From positions 49,290,001 to 49,354,000 of the forward strand of contig OZ024741.1 in NCBI GenBank assembly GCA_964016885.1: a DNA stretch of 64,000 nucleotides, written 5' to 3'. A program made the position numbers and the translations under genes. Each line of letters opens with the position of its first letter. Within the stretch, counting starts at the first letter, position 1. The notes beneath the pieces were generated by a model, which had not been told where the DNA came from, searched no databases, and saw only the letters and a list, made by a program, of their open reading frames with translations. This document shows, in pieces, positions 63,223-64,000 of the stretch. The DNA is from Eledone cirrhosa (Eukaryota).

Positions 63223-63566
63223 CAGGATGGTCCGAACGTCTTGTCACCCCCTACCAAACAGTAATGAGAAAACAGTTTATTTTCCCATTGTAGTATCATC
63301 CTCTTCGGAGGAGCTGGTTTGCCGAATCTTGCAGTGAAGACATGTCGCACGTCATCCATGCTCTTGCCAGCATGCACAAGATCATATGTCCATACACTTG
63401 CAAGCAGCCTCTCTTCCAAACTGTAGGAGCTCTGAAATAGAAAATTATATTATTATTATTATATATTATAATTAATGATATTATATATTATATTATTAAA
63501 ACAAAAAAAATAATGAAAATTAAAACAATATGTGAGAAGGGGTGACAAAACTTTCGGACCACCCTG
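63223..63566 (-). mobile_element. Internally deleted Tc1/mariner element with an N-terminal HTH (DUF4817-like) remnant
   Basis: TIRs ta|caggatggtccgaacgtcttgtcacccc and ggggtgacaaaactttcggaccaccctg|ta; EERLLASVW...FTARFGKPAPPKR.I..WE.KLF. Confidence 0.75.
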
Positions 63567-64000
63567 TAGATTCGTTGTCCCGCCGCGCCACCGACATTTT
63601 GGTCCATCGAACGTCCAAGGAAGTTTGTTTTCCATCTCATCAGATGGTGGTTTGAGGCTCATCTTGTGACACTCTTTTTCCACCATTTTCTTCACCTCTG
63701 TTAATTCTTCCTGTTTAATGGTTAATTTCTCTAGACTGTTGCCACGCCACGACTGTGTAGGAAACAGCTGGCTGTGTAGGATTGCTTTTTATGTTACTGA
63801 CAACGACTTTCCTTTCCTTGATCCCGTATCATGACTGGCTGGCTGGCTGGTTGGTCAACCCAGTGCTTAACAGGCTTGTTTGTTGGCTAGCTGCTTTTTC
63901 GTTTTTGTTGTTGCTGTTAATGTTGTTGTTGCTGTTGCTGCTGTTGTTGTTATTGCTGCTGCTGTTGTCGATGTTATTGTCGTTGTTTCTGTTGTTGGAT

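Noticed and set aside
63012-63419. 135-aa ORF as a single gene
   Set aside because: It is a chimeric read-through from a mariner remnant, across its TIR, into Tx1-derived sequence.

Overview
Eukaryotic, AT-rich, repeat-saturated intergenic or intronic DNA. The SINE families and the extreme (TA)n/(CA)n/(GA)n density suggest a coleoid cephalopod, most likely Octopus (inference). No host gene, rRNA, tRNA gene or CRISPR array can be supported; most short ORFs in the track are microsatellite translations. The window holds many tRNA-derived SINEs, several MITE families (Tc1/mariner, pogo/Tigger, hAT, piggyBac-like), two non-autonomous Helitrons, a foldback element with GC-rich cargo, and non-LTR retrotransposons: decayed RTEs, two R4/Dong-type RLE elements, and Tx1/L1-clade elements, one near full length. 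The most striking signal is a set of type I hammerhead ribozyme motifs read by eye: about 3 with intact cores and 4-5 decayed or partial. They lie in short non-coding elements bounded by (TA)n tracts, concentrated at 15.6-17.4 kb. One has a large branched stem II, two face outward in a 373-bp palindrome, and two sit in a ~293-bp tandem unit. This looks like a family of Penelope-type pseudo-LTR or retrozyme elements. Ribozyme folds were paired manually and not computed; boundaries of decayed elements are approximate.
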